Source: a virus
DNA: 64,000 nt
Reading direction: 5' to 3' (one strand)
IMG/VR virus record: IMGVR_UViG_3300029286_003689
Coordinates: 11,019 to 75,018 of that record
Both the position numbers and the translations under genes were made by a program. The notes beneath the pieces were generated by a model. It had not been told where the DNA came from. It made no database searches and saw only the letters and a list, made by a program, of their open reading frames with translations. Shown here one piece after another: positions 8,849 to 18,265 of the stretch. The number at the start of each line of letters is the position of its first letter. Position 1 is the stretch's first letter.

Positions 8849-10342
8849 CTATTTGTTTGCGAAGGGGTCGTAATCGTTCTTGGCGAATTGAGGCTGTTCG
8901 TTAGACTTCTTTTTAGTAATGGGAAAGGCAAAGGTAATTGCGGGAGCATCTGCCCTGCTTGGTGAAGCAAGACCCCTATCTTTCATTGTCTTTTTAGACT
9001 CAAGGACTATCTCGCCTTTTAAATTTGGATAAGATTCCGGGCCAGTTAAATCGTCAATTAACTTTTGGTCATCAGGAACACAACCGCCTTCTTCAAGCCA
9101 CTTCTTCATCTTGCCCCACATCTCAGCGCGCTTATTAGCATATCCGGGCGTTGTTGATTTAGAGCCAAAAGAACAAAGCAGCCATTGCCGATTCATCTGT
9201 TTACCAAAAGAATAAACGCCTGTGCCGTAACCTAAGTCAATAATAACTCCGTCGGCTTTCTCTCTATCTTCCCATGCGGCCACTGCTGCCGCTATCAAAG
9301 CGTCATTGTCATTCTTCTGGAATGTTTGCAGTTGCCGATATACCAAGCCTTGTCGTATACCAATAACTATTTCATCCCCGCCAGTCCAAGCCATATCTAC
9401 GCCGATTATTTTGGGAGCAAAATTATATTTATGCGCTTCTATCTGCCTGCCGCGGGCTGCCTCTGCTAAATCAGTAGGAATAAATTGCAGATCTCCAGCT
9501 TTAGGAAAAAGCCCAAGCACGTGCACACGCACCCAGTCGCTATCTATTCCTAAGTCATCAATCCACTCTCTAACCTTTTTTTGGTTAACGAGCATTGACT
9601 TACGAATATCAAGCTGCCATTGCTTCCAGCGATGCCGCATCTTTCCCCAGCATTCACGAAAGCGGCCGGTATTTCTGGTAGGGTTTCCAAAGACAAGCCA
9701 CAGTATCTGAGTTCCTAAGTCAGTTAACGCACCTTCTGCTGTCTCCCATATCTTGTCAGGAATAGCTGAAGCCTCATCAAAAACAAGGAGTATGCGCTTG
9801 CCTTTATTGTGTAAGCCGGCAAAAGCCTCAACATTATGCTCACTCCAAGGAACCTGATCTATTCTCCAGGTACGCTCATGCTCTTTGCTCTTGGCGTATA
9901 TGGCTGTAGCTGTAAGTTCAAACCAGTGCTTAGCTATAAAAAGCCTGTACCATTTACTAAGTTCAGCCCACGTCTTAGTGCGCAGCTGAGTCTCTGTGTT
10001 AGCAGTAACAACTCCGCGCGTATCTTCAAAGGTCGATAAAGCCCAAAGGATAATCCAAGCAACCAGCGCGCTCTTACCAGGCCCATTACCTGAAGCCACC
10101 GAAATCTGGACAACATAGCTTACAGCTTCCTGAACCGTCTTTTTACCGGCTTGCAACTGATCCCGAATGTACTTTAAAACCTCTTCCTGCCATTTATCCG
10201 GGCCTGTGTATCCTTCAAGCTCATCTTCACCCCACCTAAAAGAAAAAAGAACCCAGCCGTACGGATCCTTTTCAAATGAAGCCATGTCTTCAACAAGCTG
10301 AAGTTCGGCTTTTATTTCTTCTTCGCGGTCGAGCTCTGGCAT
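8849..10342 (-). CDS. terL: Terminase large subunit
   Basis: Walker A SGNGPGKS, Walker B LVFDEAS, GNPTR, nuclease GVD and SPSRADA. Confidence 0.92.
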   Translation of the reverse strand: MPELDREEEIKAELQLVEDMASFEKDPYGWVLFSFRWGEDELEGYTGPDKWQEEVLKYIRDQLQAGKKTVQEAVSYVVQISVASGNGPGKSALVAWIILWALSTFEDTRGVVTANTETQLRTKTWAELSKWYRLFIAKHWFELTATAIYAKSKEHERTWRIDQVPWSEHNVEAFAGLHNKGKRILLVFDEASAIPDKIWETAEGALTDLGTQILWLVFGNPTRNTGRFRECWGKMRHRWKQWQLDIRKSMLVNQKKVREWIDDLGIDSDWVRVHVLGLFPKAGDLQFIPTDLAEAARGRQIEAHKYNFAPKIIGVDMAWTGGDEIVIGIRQGLVYRQLQTFQKNDNDALIAAAVAAWEDREKADGVIIDLGYGTGVYSFGKQMNRQWLLCSFGSKSTTPGYANKRAEMWGKMKKWLEEGGCVPDDQKLIDDLTGPESYPNLKGEIVLESKKTMKDRGLASPSRADAPAITFAFPITKKKSNEQPQFAKNDYDPFANK

Positions 10343-10902
10343 GTTCTTTGCCTTGCTTTCTTTAATTGTTCTGCGAGATTTTCTAAGCCTCTGTGTTCAG
10401 TGATATCGGTGAACATTTTTAAATGTTTACCCAAGAGTTCTTGAGCCCTCAGTCTATCAACAACCTTTATTGTTTTTGCCGTACCGATATGCTCACGGTC
10501 TTTACCATAACCATCAAACAATTCTTCTGTTTTTATTTCTGATATTACTTTTGCAAGAGGCTCAGGCATATCCTTAACCGGTAGAAGATTACCGTCTTCA
10601 TCATAAGCCATCCTGATATCGATTTCCGCCGCTTTTAATAAACCCCTTAAAATCCTGTTTACATCAAGCTTAACGACTTTGAAGCGCTCTTCCAGTAATT
10701 CATTGATTCTTCCTCTAATCATAACATTTGTTAACAGCCGGGAAGCCTGCGCTTGCGCTGTGTGCGCTGAATACCTTGCTCTTATGGCTGCTTGCGTACC
10801 GTTATAATCTTTAATATACTGCAAGCAAAAATCCTCTTGCTGTGCTGAAAGAGGACGGGCTTTTTCTTTTTTTTGTTTTTTATCTTTAAGTTCTTTGCTC
10901 AT
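10312..10902 (-). CDS. terS: Terminase small subunit
   Basis: F...Y..D.NGTQAAIRA.YS...A...ASRLL; LLGKHL.MF. Confidence 0.9.
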   Translation of the reverse strand: MSKELKDKKQKKEKARPLSAQQEDFCLQYIKDYNGTQAAIRARYSAHTAQAQASRLLTNVMIRGRINELLEERFKVVKLDVNRILRGLLKAAEIDIRMAYDEDGNLLPVKDMPEPLAKVISEIKTEELFDGYGKDREHIGTAKTIKVVDRLRAQELLGKHLKMFTDITEHRGLENLAEQLKKARQRTCQSSTAKKK

Positions 10903-11279
10903 GGTTTAAACATCCTTATACTTTCAATGAGAGGTATCCCGTTACACTTAACGCTCTCGCCAATCTCATTATTATAAAAATAAGCTCGTTTTGCTTTTAA
11001 ATTACCTTCTTCAATCTTAAAACCAACAACTACTGAAAACCCCCTTAGTATAGCTACACATGCCTTAATACGATTTATTAACCTTCCCCGGTGGTTACCC
11101 ATCTACCCCTCGCGCTTACTAAGGCGTAAGCTAATCCGGGCTATTTTGAGTTCACGCTTGGCTACCGCCAACATCATCTTCGTATATATGATCTCAAAAT
11201 AATCGCCTACCGCTAACCTTACTATTTCCTCTCCAACTGCTATCATTCTTCCCCTCCCGTTAATCTCGGCTTATCATAA

Positions 11280-11298
11280 ACTTGTCATTTTGTCAAGT
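11280..11298 (-). promoter_or_regulatory. Second copy of 19-bp ACTTGACAAAATGACAAGT (-35 box-containing) upstream of terS operon
   Basis: Exact match to 8829-8847. Confidence 0.6.
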
Positions 11299-11301
11299 TG
11301 T

Positions 11302-11721
11302 TTACGCGACATCCAATCTTATAAGTTCTCTTTCAATTACGCTTAGATATAAATTCTGCCACGCCAATGCCTCTCTCTTCTGAAAATTCTTGCAGTTAGA
11401 AATATAACTCATATATGGCCACTCATCTTTGACATAAGCCAAGCCAAACGGTTTTGGGATTTCCTCTTTTTTTATTAGGCCTTCAGGACAAACTATACAG
11501 AGAGAAGAAAGAAACTTTGAATATTCTTGCCATTTACAGTCTTGTAAAAAATCGGCGCGAGACACTTTTATTTCAAAGCCCCTAAGCCAACGATGTTCCG
11601 TATCCACAAGCATAGCGTCAATCCTTAAAGATCCATAAGTATACTCAGGAACCAAAATCTGTCCCCAATGGCAGGCCTCAAATTTCTTTTTCATTAACCC
11701 ATAAACTTCTTCAGAGGTCAT
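11302..11721 (-). CDS. PD-(D/E)XK nuclease-like (MmcB-like)
   Basis: RIDA...GFEIKVSRADF.D.KW. Confidence 0.7.
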   Translation of the reverse strand: MTSEEVYGLMKKKFEACHWGQILVPEYTYGSLRIDAMLVDTEHRWLRGFEIKVSRADFLQDCKWQEYSKFLSSLCIVCPEGLIKKEEIPKPFGLAYVKDEWPYMSYISNCKNFQKREALAWQNLYLSVIERELIRLDVA

Positions 11722-11927
11722 ACTTCTACCTCTTTCTTTTTTTTAAATTCAATCTTCTTCCAAGCAGGGGGAAAAGGAGACATAAAAATCACTGTTCCTT
11801 TTTCAATCCGCTCACACCTTTCGCAATACCGTGTCATATCCGCAAAGAGGAGATCAAGCTCAAGAAACCCGGAAGGAGTTGTTTTGTATTTCCATCTATG
11901 CAGGCCCAGCTTACAGAGTAAGCTCAT
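11718..11927 (-). CDS. DUF1660-like small Cys/His protein
   Basis: LCKLGLHRWKY...RYCERC; homologue at 54590-54796. Confidence 0.6.
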   Translation of the reverse strand: MSLLCKLGLHRWKYKTTPSGFLELDLLFADMTRYCERCERIEKGTVIFMSPFPPAWKKIEFKKKKEVEV

Positions 11928-12277
11928 TTTCTTCTTCTCCTTAAAAGCTCCTCTACAGCATCGCTTCCGCCTAAAAACATATCTATAGAGACGCCGAGAG
12001 AAACTGCTTCTTTGATTCTCTTACGAACTTCTGGCTTTCTTAGTTCTTTATTCACGAGCTGCTCAGTTTCTTTTAGCCACTTCCTAACCTTGGAAGATTT
12101 AAGCAGCTTCCTGTGTGGTTCTTTAATACTTAACCCGACCTGTAACACTGGTAACTCCGAAGATATTATTTTTAATTTTTCCATCGCTCCCCCTTTATAA
12201 TAATCACACTCAAAAACCTCAGTGTCGGATTCTTTGCATAGCTTCTTAAAAATACAGGTCTCGCAAAGACTTTTCAT
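11924..12277 (-). CDS. Hypothetical protein
   Basis: ORF overlapping neighbours by ATGA. Confidence 0.55.
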   Translation of the reverse strand: MKSLCETCIFKKLCKESDTEVFECDYYKGGAMEKLKIISSELPVLQVGLSIKEPHRKLLKSSKVRKWLKETEQLVNKELRKPEVRKRIKEAVSLGVSIDMFLGGSDAVEELLRRRRK

Positions 12278-12825
12278 TTCAGTACCTCATCAATATTGAT
12301 ATCACTCTCTACTTCATTGCCCCAGGCGTCCCAACCAATCGCTCTCTCACGTGCGAAAAGTTCAATTTTACTAATACCCCCCCCCAGCAAAGAAACAATC
12401 TTATCGCGCGCCTCTTCCGGTTTTTGGCTATGTTTCCTGAGTGGGGATGCTATTATTTGAGAAACTGAGTTGTCTACTCTCCGGGGGTGTCCTTTGGTAG
12501 CCAATAGGCAAGGCTCTGTGTTTCCCCGGGTCCACCGGCCTAAGCCAAAAAAGTATTTACCGTTTTTCTTATTGAGCTTTACCCATTGGAAAGCGATTGT
12601 TTTATATTTGAATCCCCAAGCGCTTATTACTTCCAAGGCTTCTTTGAGCATCGGATAAGTAGCCCAAAGAAATAAAACAGCATCCTCCGAAGTAATATCT
12701 TTTACCGGGAGTGCTTTAATATCCTCTAAGCGCATCCCCTTGTAGTGATTAGCCATAGTCCCCTGGCAACCTTGATCTTGATAATTCCAAGGTGGATCAG
12801 CATATATAATTTGGTATTTTTTCAT
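12274..12825 (-). CDS. MT-A70 family adenine methyltransferase
   Basis: IYADPPW, LFLWAT, HSQKP, IELFAR. Confidence 0.9.
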   Translation of the reverse strand: MKKYQIIYADPPWNYQDQGCQGTMANHYKGMRLEDIKALPVKDITSEDAVLFLWATYPMLKEALEVISAWGFKYKTIAFQWVKLNKKNGKYFFGLGRWTRGNTEPCLLATKGHPRRVDNSVSQIIASPLRKHSQKPEEARDKIVSLLGGGISKIELFARERAIGWDAWGNEVESDINIDEVLK

Positions 12826-13133
12826 AGATATTTAATTTTTATTCCTAACTCTTTAGCTCTCGTTATCTCTGCCCGCGTTCCTTTGCTATTTTCGCTATTA
12901 GGTAACACCCAAACCTCATCCGATACCTCAAGCCAAGCCATAGAATAACGGTAATAATCTTCAATGGTTAATGTCTTGTCAAAAAAGTGAAATTGGTAAT
13001 CAAGCCACGGACAAAAAGGAGCATCCCCTTGTTTTAAAACTTCAACACTTTTTTTTATCCCGTCGTGGATATTGCTGAGACAGCCTAAAATATTATCTGC
13101 ACTATACTTACCTGCAATGTAAATTCTTTTCAT
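12822..13133 (-). CDS. DUF4406/nucleoside deoxyribosyltransferase-like protein
   Basis: RIYIAG.YS...D.VWVLP..E.SKG..AE...A. Confidence 0.65.
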   Translation of the reverse strand: MKRIYIAGKYSADNILGCLSNIHDGIKKSVEVLKQGDAPFCPWLDYQFHFFDKTLTIEDYYRYSMAWLEVSDEVWVLPNSENSKGTRAEITRAKELGIKIKYL

Positions 13134-13159
13134 ACTATCTACCTTTTTTAAGGCCTCCT

Positions 13160-13399
13160 TTATCCGTATTGTCTCTTCTCGTAATCACCACCACCCGCGG
13201 CTTTCCGATAGATATTTTCAGTGGCTGTAGACTGCTTATAACTTAAGGGCTTATTCGGATCTCTTTGCGCCAATGTCAATATGCTCAAGATAAAACCCTT
13301 TTCCCAGTCATTAGCCTTATAGCCTAAATCTTTAACCTGCTTAAGTAAAATTATAGCTTCTTTGCATAGCATATTAGTGCATGCTCCCAGCTGCGCCAT
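13160..13399 (-). CDS. Hypothetical protein
   Basis: NDWEKGFI..LS.KQ; homologue at 52394-52612. Confidence 0.55.
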   Translation of the reverse strand: MAQLGACTNMLCKEAIILLKQVKDLGYKANDWEKGFILSILTLAQRDPNKPLSYKQSTATENIYRKAAGGGDYEKRQYG

Positions 13400-13543
13400 A
13401 TCCTGCGCGCTTGCCCTGTCTTATCCCAGCCGTTTGTTTTTTCTTATACTGATTTTCGCATTTCTTAGGCGCAGGACAAAACAACAATCCTTCACTTATT
13501 TGCCGGCCACAATTCCAACAAAAACCCGTAGGTTCTAAAGCCA

Positions 13544-13813
13544 TTATCTAATTACCACGGCTATCCGGGCCTCTGGCAGCGCAAAATAATGCTCTTTGTC
13601 GTAGTCAAACTCAGTTGAAGCTGGCGCGGATATGATTATCTGATCGTTACGCTTAATGCCACTTTTGCACTGCGCGCCTACATCTATAACCCGAAATACT
13701 GAACCGGATTTAATTACCCCCTTAGCGATATCCGGTACTACTATTTGCCCACCTTCTTCTTCAATCAGCTGCACAATTACAAATTCACCTATTGCTTTTG
13801 GTCTTTTGCTCAC
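13544..13813 (-). CDS. GroES/Cpn10-like co-chaperonin
   Basis: PKAIGEFVIV...GGQIVVPD...VIDVG...D.II...E..IAVV; 89 aa. Confidence 0.7.
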   Translation of the reverse strand: MSKRPKAIGEFVIVQLIEEEGGQIVVPDIAKGVIKSGSVFRVIDVGAQCKSGIKRNDQIIISAPASTEFDYDKEHYFALPEARIAVVIR

Positions 13814-13830
13814 TTGATACTCCTTTCTGT

Positions 13831-14697
13831 TTAGTTAAACAATCTCTTGAATGCGCTATGATGTTTAATTTGTGGCCAATTATTCTTAGCTCTCGTATTG
13901 ATAATTGCCGGTCGACTCCAAGCACACGCAAATAACTTATATTCCTGGGAATATTTTATCTTCCCCTCTGGATCCCGGTAGAGCTGCGCGAAAGGAGTAG
14001 CCCCGGCTTCATAGATCCTCCGACACCTGTTTTCTTCTTTCTGCATATCTTTTCCAACCACCGTATAGCAATATATTTTATGTTGATTGAAACCTGCCTC
14101 ATTCAATATAGCCACGGCGTCCTCTAAAACCCCTATTTCCTTTGTATTATCACAAGCAAGAAAAATCTGCTCTATGCTCAAACCTTTAATTGCAGAGGCA
14201 AATTTCTTAGTCAAAAGGTATTTATCTAACCCGCCCGCAAATTTTATTCTGTGTTGGGTTTCAAGCATGCTTAAAACTTTCCCTATATGATTATCGCTAC
14301 ACTGGATAAAATTATTGTCTTGTAGTATGTTTCCAGCGGGAAAATCGTCAAACTCTATTATCCCTTTACTCACACGACAGTTTTTGCAATAGCCAGGGCC
14401 CCAACCTACCTTGTCACAACCGCGTGAAGTTATCGTTATACCTTGTTTCAGAAACTTCCCAGCTGAAAAAGGTTCCCTACTCTCTCCATCTATGGCAGGG
14501 CCACCTATTTTCACAGTTGAAGCATTATTTTTCCACGCCTCAGCTAATCTCTGAGCCTTAACTTTATCCCATGTAAAAGCTACTGAAATAAGAGCAAAAT
14601 CGTAATAAGGAGTAAAGAGCCCTGGCTCATCAAAATAAGCATCCTGATCAGTAGGAGAAAACTTAGTTTTGCTTGGGAATATCCGTGCAACCTTCAA
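13831..14697 (-). CDS. Radical SAM-like protein with atypical Cys spacing
   Basis: TSRGC-x9-C-x2-C, DNNF, GGLD, PFAQLYR. Confidence 0.65.
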   Translation of the reverse strand: MKVARIFPSKTKFSPTDQDAYFDEPGLFTPYYDFALISVAFTWDKVKAQRLAEAWKNNASTVKIGGPAIDGESREPFSAGKFLKQGITITSRGCDKVGWGPGYCKNCRVSKGIIEFDDFPAGNILQDNNFIQCSDNHIGKVLSMLETQHRIKFAGGLDKYLLTKKFASAIKGLSIEQIFLACDNTKEIGVLEDAVAILNEAGFNQHKIYCYTVVGKDMQKEENRCRRIYEAGATPFAQLYRDPEGKIKYSQEYKLFACAWSRPAIINTRAKNNWPQIKHHSAFKRLFN

Positions 14698-16256
14698 TTT
14701 AATAACTCCTTACATAGCGCTTTCGCGAGCTCAACCGGAACGGCATTGCCTATCTGCTTAACCTGCTCTTCTCTGTTGCCTTCAAATTTATAGTCATCTC
14801 CGAAGGACATTGCACGCGCCAACTCGTGAGGTTTAAGCATGCGGAAATGAATATCCAGTTTTTTCCCGTTAATTATTGGTTGAATTAAAGATATTGCTCC
14901 GGCTCCCGCTACTGTCATAATTGGTTTGTCTACTGACCGGGGAGCTGAGCAACTTTGTTGACCTAAAACGAAAGGCTCGCATAAAGCAAATTCTTCTTTA
15001 GTGCAAAGTGTAGGAACTGGGGAGTCTATGGAACGGATGCGTTTTCCTCCTCCGGTTTGAGTTATCCCTACTAAGAAAGGTTGTACTAAGGCCCCTGCCC
15101 CATGCCCCGTAACCGCAGGAAGCGGTTTATTTATACTACGACAACGTGGATGTTGTCCTTTGCGTTCAGTAAAATTAGGAACAATAAACGGTTCGCATAC
15201 TGCAAACCTATCTTTTGTGGTAACTGTGGGCGTTGGTTTATCAATTGAATGGGCCTTGCCGTTGCCATAATATTCCACAAGAAACGGACTACAAACTCCG
15301 AAATGTTCTTTTGTAGTTTGAGCCGGCAATGGCTCTTTAACTGAAACCGGCTTACTATTGCGATTGAACTGGACAATAAAAGGCTCACAAAGTGCAGCGT
15401 GATTCCCACTGGTAGTAACTGTAGGCATTGGACGGTTTATTGAACGGGCATCATTCGTTCCGTAAAGCATTACCAAAAAAGGCTCAAGCTCTTTACTGGA
15501 GAATTTTCTTAAGCCAGCATAAATCCTATTCATAGTATTCTGACTTAAGGGTTTCTTTCGGGAGAATATACTCTGCCCTGGAATACTCCAGTCTATGATT
15601 TCCCGCGCCGTTCTCCAAGGCTTAGTCTTACCAAACAAATTACTGCTGCCGTCAGGCGTATGCGTAGGATCCGGCCAGTTGATTTTCCTATTTCCTCTCC
15701 GGGCAATAATAAATAGCCTTTCGCGCGTGGTAGGATCCCCGTAGTAAGCTGCATTAAGTACCCGAAAATCTACCTTGTAGCCTAAAGACTCTAAAGCAAT
15801 TATAAATGCCCGGAAAGTTTCGCCCTTACGGCTTTTCATTGGACGTCCGCGCTTATCGAGGGGCCCCCAAGACTGAAACTCCTTGACGTTTTCTATAAGA
15901 ATGTTCTCAATGTATAAAGCTTCAGCCCAGCGCACAATCTGCCAGGCTGACGCCCTGGATTGATCAGAACACGGCTTCCCACCGCGGGCGTTAGAGTGAT
16001 GGGTACATTCTGGGGAAGCAACGAGTATTCCTAAGCGACCGCCAGGAACAACTTTTCTGGGATTGACGTTGTCTATATTCTCGCAAATATGCTTTGCGTA
16101 AGAATGATTAGCTGAATGTGTAGCAATAGCAATCCCCCAATGATTGATAGCAATAAGCTTAAGTATAAGCCCTAAAGATTCACATGCTTTTTTAAGCCCG
16201 GTTGAAGTGCCACCGCCGCCGCAAAAAAGATCAACTGCAAGGATAGTTTTATCCAT
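14694..16256 (-). CDS. DNA (cytosine-5) methyltransferase
   Basis: DLFCGGGG, SPEC, ENV, R.R, QIGNAV; six internal repeats. Confidence 0.92.
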   Translation of the reverse strand: MDKTILAVDLFCGGGGTSTGLKKACESLGLILKLIAINHWGIAIATHSANHSYAKHICENIDNVNPRKVVPGGRLGILVASPECTHHSNARGGKPCSDQSRASAWQIVRWAEALYIENILIENVKEFQSWGPLDKRGRPMKSRKGETFRAFIIALESLGYKVDFRVLNAAYYGDPTTRERLFIIARRGNRKINWPDPTHTPDGSSNLFGKTKPWRTAREIIDWSIPGQSIFSRKKPLSQNTMNRIYAGLRKFSSKELEPFLVMLYGTNDARSINRPMPTVTTSGNHAALCEPFIVQFNRNSKPVSVKEPLPAQTTKEHFGVCSPFLVEYYGNGKAHSIDKPTPTVTTKDRFAVCEPFIVPNFTERKGQHPRCRSINKPLPAVTGHGAGALVQPFLVGITQTGGGKRIRSIDSPVPTLCTKEEFALCEPFVLGQQSCSAPRSVDKPIMTVAGAGAISLIQPIINGKKLDIHFRMLKPHELARAMSFGDDYKFEGNREEQVKQIGNAVPVELAKALCKELLN

Positions 16257-16418
16257 TAAGACGCTTCTCCCCTGTTAATTTCTTTAGCCTTTGATAATTC
16301 CTGCGTGCCTTGCTGGCATGGATCTCGCCTGTTGAACCGTTTTTATAATACTCTCCTGTGGTAGTTGGAATACCGCGTAAAAACAAACTCTTCCTAATCT
16401 TCTTTGCTCTCCTATGGC

Positions 16419-16982
16419 TCATTTTTTCTCCTCAGCTTTCTCTTGAAGTGTGGCTATCTCGTCGCAAAAATACATAAGCTTAACGATAGGATAATGAAAC
16501 CAAGCATTAGCCATTCCTTCATTTCTCAGGTTATACTCACCCTTGTGCTCTTGCCCTGGATCCTGAAACTCCACTAAGCCATATACTCCCATGTGATAGA
16601 GAATCATCTTCTCTTCCAATTCGGTAAGCTCTATAAACTTCTTAATTCTCTCCAGCGATAACTTAGCATGGCCTGCAGGCTGCATTTTGTTAAAAGAATA
16701 CGGTTTCTCTTTCCCAATATAGGCCCCTATCTTACAGACATCATGAAGCAGGGTGGCAATGACAACCGAATACACCGGGACTTCTAAATGAAGTGCATCA
16801 ATAAATCTTCTAAGGTTCTTGAGTACGTTGAGTGAATGGGTAGCTAAGCCTCCTGAATAACAGCCGTGAAATCTTGTAGAGGCAGGGGATTCAAAAAACC
16901 CATCTTTAATAAGCCACTCTATCAGCTTATCCATGCCTTCCCGCTTAGTTAACTCCAGTAGCTTAATGATCTCTTCCTTCAC
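16419..16982 (-). CDS. HD-domain phosphohydrolase
   Basis: PASTRFH...GGL..HS...LLHDVCK...H...YHMG. Confidence 0.85.
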   Translation of the reverse strand: MKEEIIKLLELTKREGMDKLIEWLIKDGFFESPASTRFHGCYSGGLATHSLNVLKNLRRFIDALHLEVPVYSVVIATLLHDVCKIGAYIGKEKPYSFNKMQPAGHAKLSLERIKKFIELTELEEKMILYHMGVYGLVEFQDPGQEHKGEYNLRNEGMANAWFHYPIVKLMYFCDEIATLQEKAEEKK

Positions 16983-17717
16983 TTAACCCTCCTTGTTTAG
17001 AATTATGATTTTAGTATTAACCTTAGTCCCGCTTTCTTCAAAAGAGCAGTCCGGCAAATCAATTACCTCGCTTATCAAAGACTGTACTGCTCTGTATTTT
17101 TTCTGCAATTTCTCTGTTATCATTGAAGGCGCCACCGCAACAATACGCCCACTCTTTTTAAGCAGAGAATAAGCGTGAAGAATATGGCTTACATCTTGCC
17201 CAGAGGTAAAAGGCGGATTCATTATAATCCTATCAAACTTCTTCTCTGTATAAGTCAAGAAATCCTGACAGATAGGAGCAAAGCCTAATGCTTTTAATTT
17301 GGCGCACTTCTCATTATCCACTTCAATAAGAGTGCTTCCTTTGGGAAGATATTTTGCTATTGCTCCATGCCCAGCGCTTGGTTCAAGAACGTCATCGCCC
17401 TCTAAGATTTCAGCAAGATTTATCAGTTCCATAGCCACTTCATCAGGAGTTTCAAAAAACTGGTAAGTCTTTTTCTTGTCAATTACCCTACCTTCTTCTA
17501 AGACTTCTTTTAATTGTGAGGCTATGCTATCTTGAAAAATATGACACTTAGCGGAGCGATTCCACTTACCGCCGAGCAATTCGAGTATTTTATTAACTTC
17601 TAAATACATTTTTCTATCAAGCTGTTGTGGCGGTAAATAATAATTACTGCCTGAAACCTTACCTGCTTTTAAGACCAATTTTACTTCTGTTGATATTTCA
17701 ACATTAAATATTTTCAC
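16983..17717 (-). CDS. N6-adenine DNA methyltransferase
   Basis: LEPSAG.G, IMNPPF; probable GTG start at 17717 (GTGA overlap). Confidence 0.85.
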   Translation of the reverse strand: MKIFNVEISTEVKLVLKAGKVSGSNYYLPPQQLDRKMYLEVNKILELLGGKWNRSAKCHIFQDSIASQLKEVLEEGRVIDKKKTYQFFETPDEVAMELINLAEILEGDDVLEPSAGHGAIAKYLPKGSTLIEVDNEKCAKLKALGFAPICQDFLTYTEKKFDRIIMNPPFTSGQDVSHILHAYSLLKKSGRIVAVAPSMITEKLQKKYRAVQSLISEVIDLPDCSFEESGTKVNTKIIILNKEG

Positions 17718-18265
17718 CCTTCTCTCCTTATTGTTTGGCAAACTTCGCAGCTGTCCGGGTAATAAAGATGATCGCAATATCCTGATGGATTGCGGATAGC
17801 TTTATCCAGAAAACAATGCGGGCAGGTTTGCTCTGGTGTTGGCCGCTTAATCTGTCCCAAGAGATAACGGCTTGTCTCTTTTTCTAAGTATTCTCTTGCT
17901 TCGGGGAAATCAAATTTTCCAGGTACAATAATTGCGTAAAAACCGCGTTTTAATAATTCATCTCTCCATTTTTTTTGTTCTTCACTGGGAGAAGATTTGA
18001 CCTTCAACTCCGTAAACATACCGTGCCAACCGGCGCGCGGCTCCAAGATAGTCACATCAGGATAACCTGCCTTATACCCCATACGCTTAAGCTTGATAGC
18101 TACGCCCCTGCTTAATTTCATGCCTTGAGTAGAAGCGCAAAATAAAATACTCCAAGAATTCAATAAAAATACATACCACTCTTGGAGCGTCTGTTCTTCA
18201 TGCTTGCGAATAAGTACTCTTTCTTCTCCGCCAAATTTTCTATTGCGATATCCAAATCTTCTCAT
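17714..18265 (-). CDS. VRR-NUC nuclease
   Basis: G.PD...F.ELK...S.EQ..W; start taken at ATG 18265; homologue at 57626-58021. Confidence 0.8.
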   Translation of the reverse strand: MRRFGYRNRKFGGEERVLIRKHEEQTLQEWYVFLLNSWSILFCASTQGMKLSRGVAIKLKRMGYKAGYPDVTILEPRAGWHGMFTELKVKSSPSEEQKKWRDELLKRGFYAIIVPGKFDFPEAREYLEKETSRYLLGQIKRPTPEQTCPHCFLDKAIRNPSGYCDHLYYPDSCEVCQTIRREG

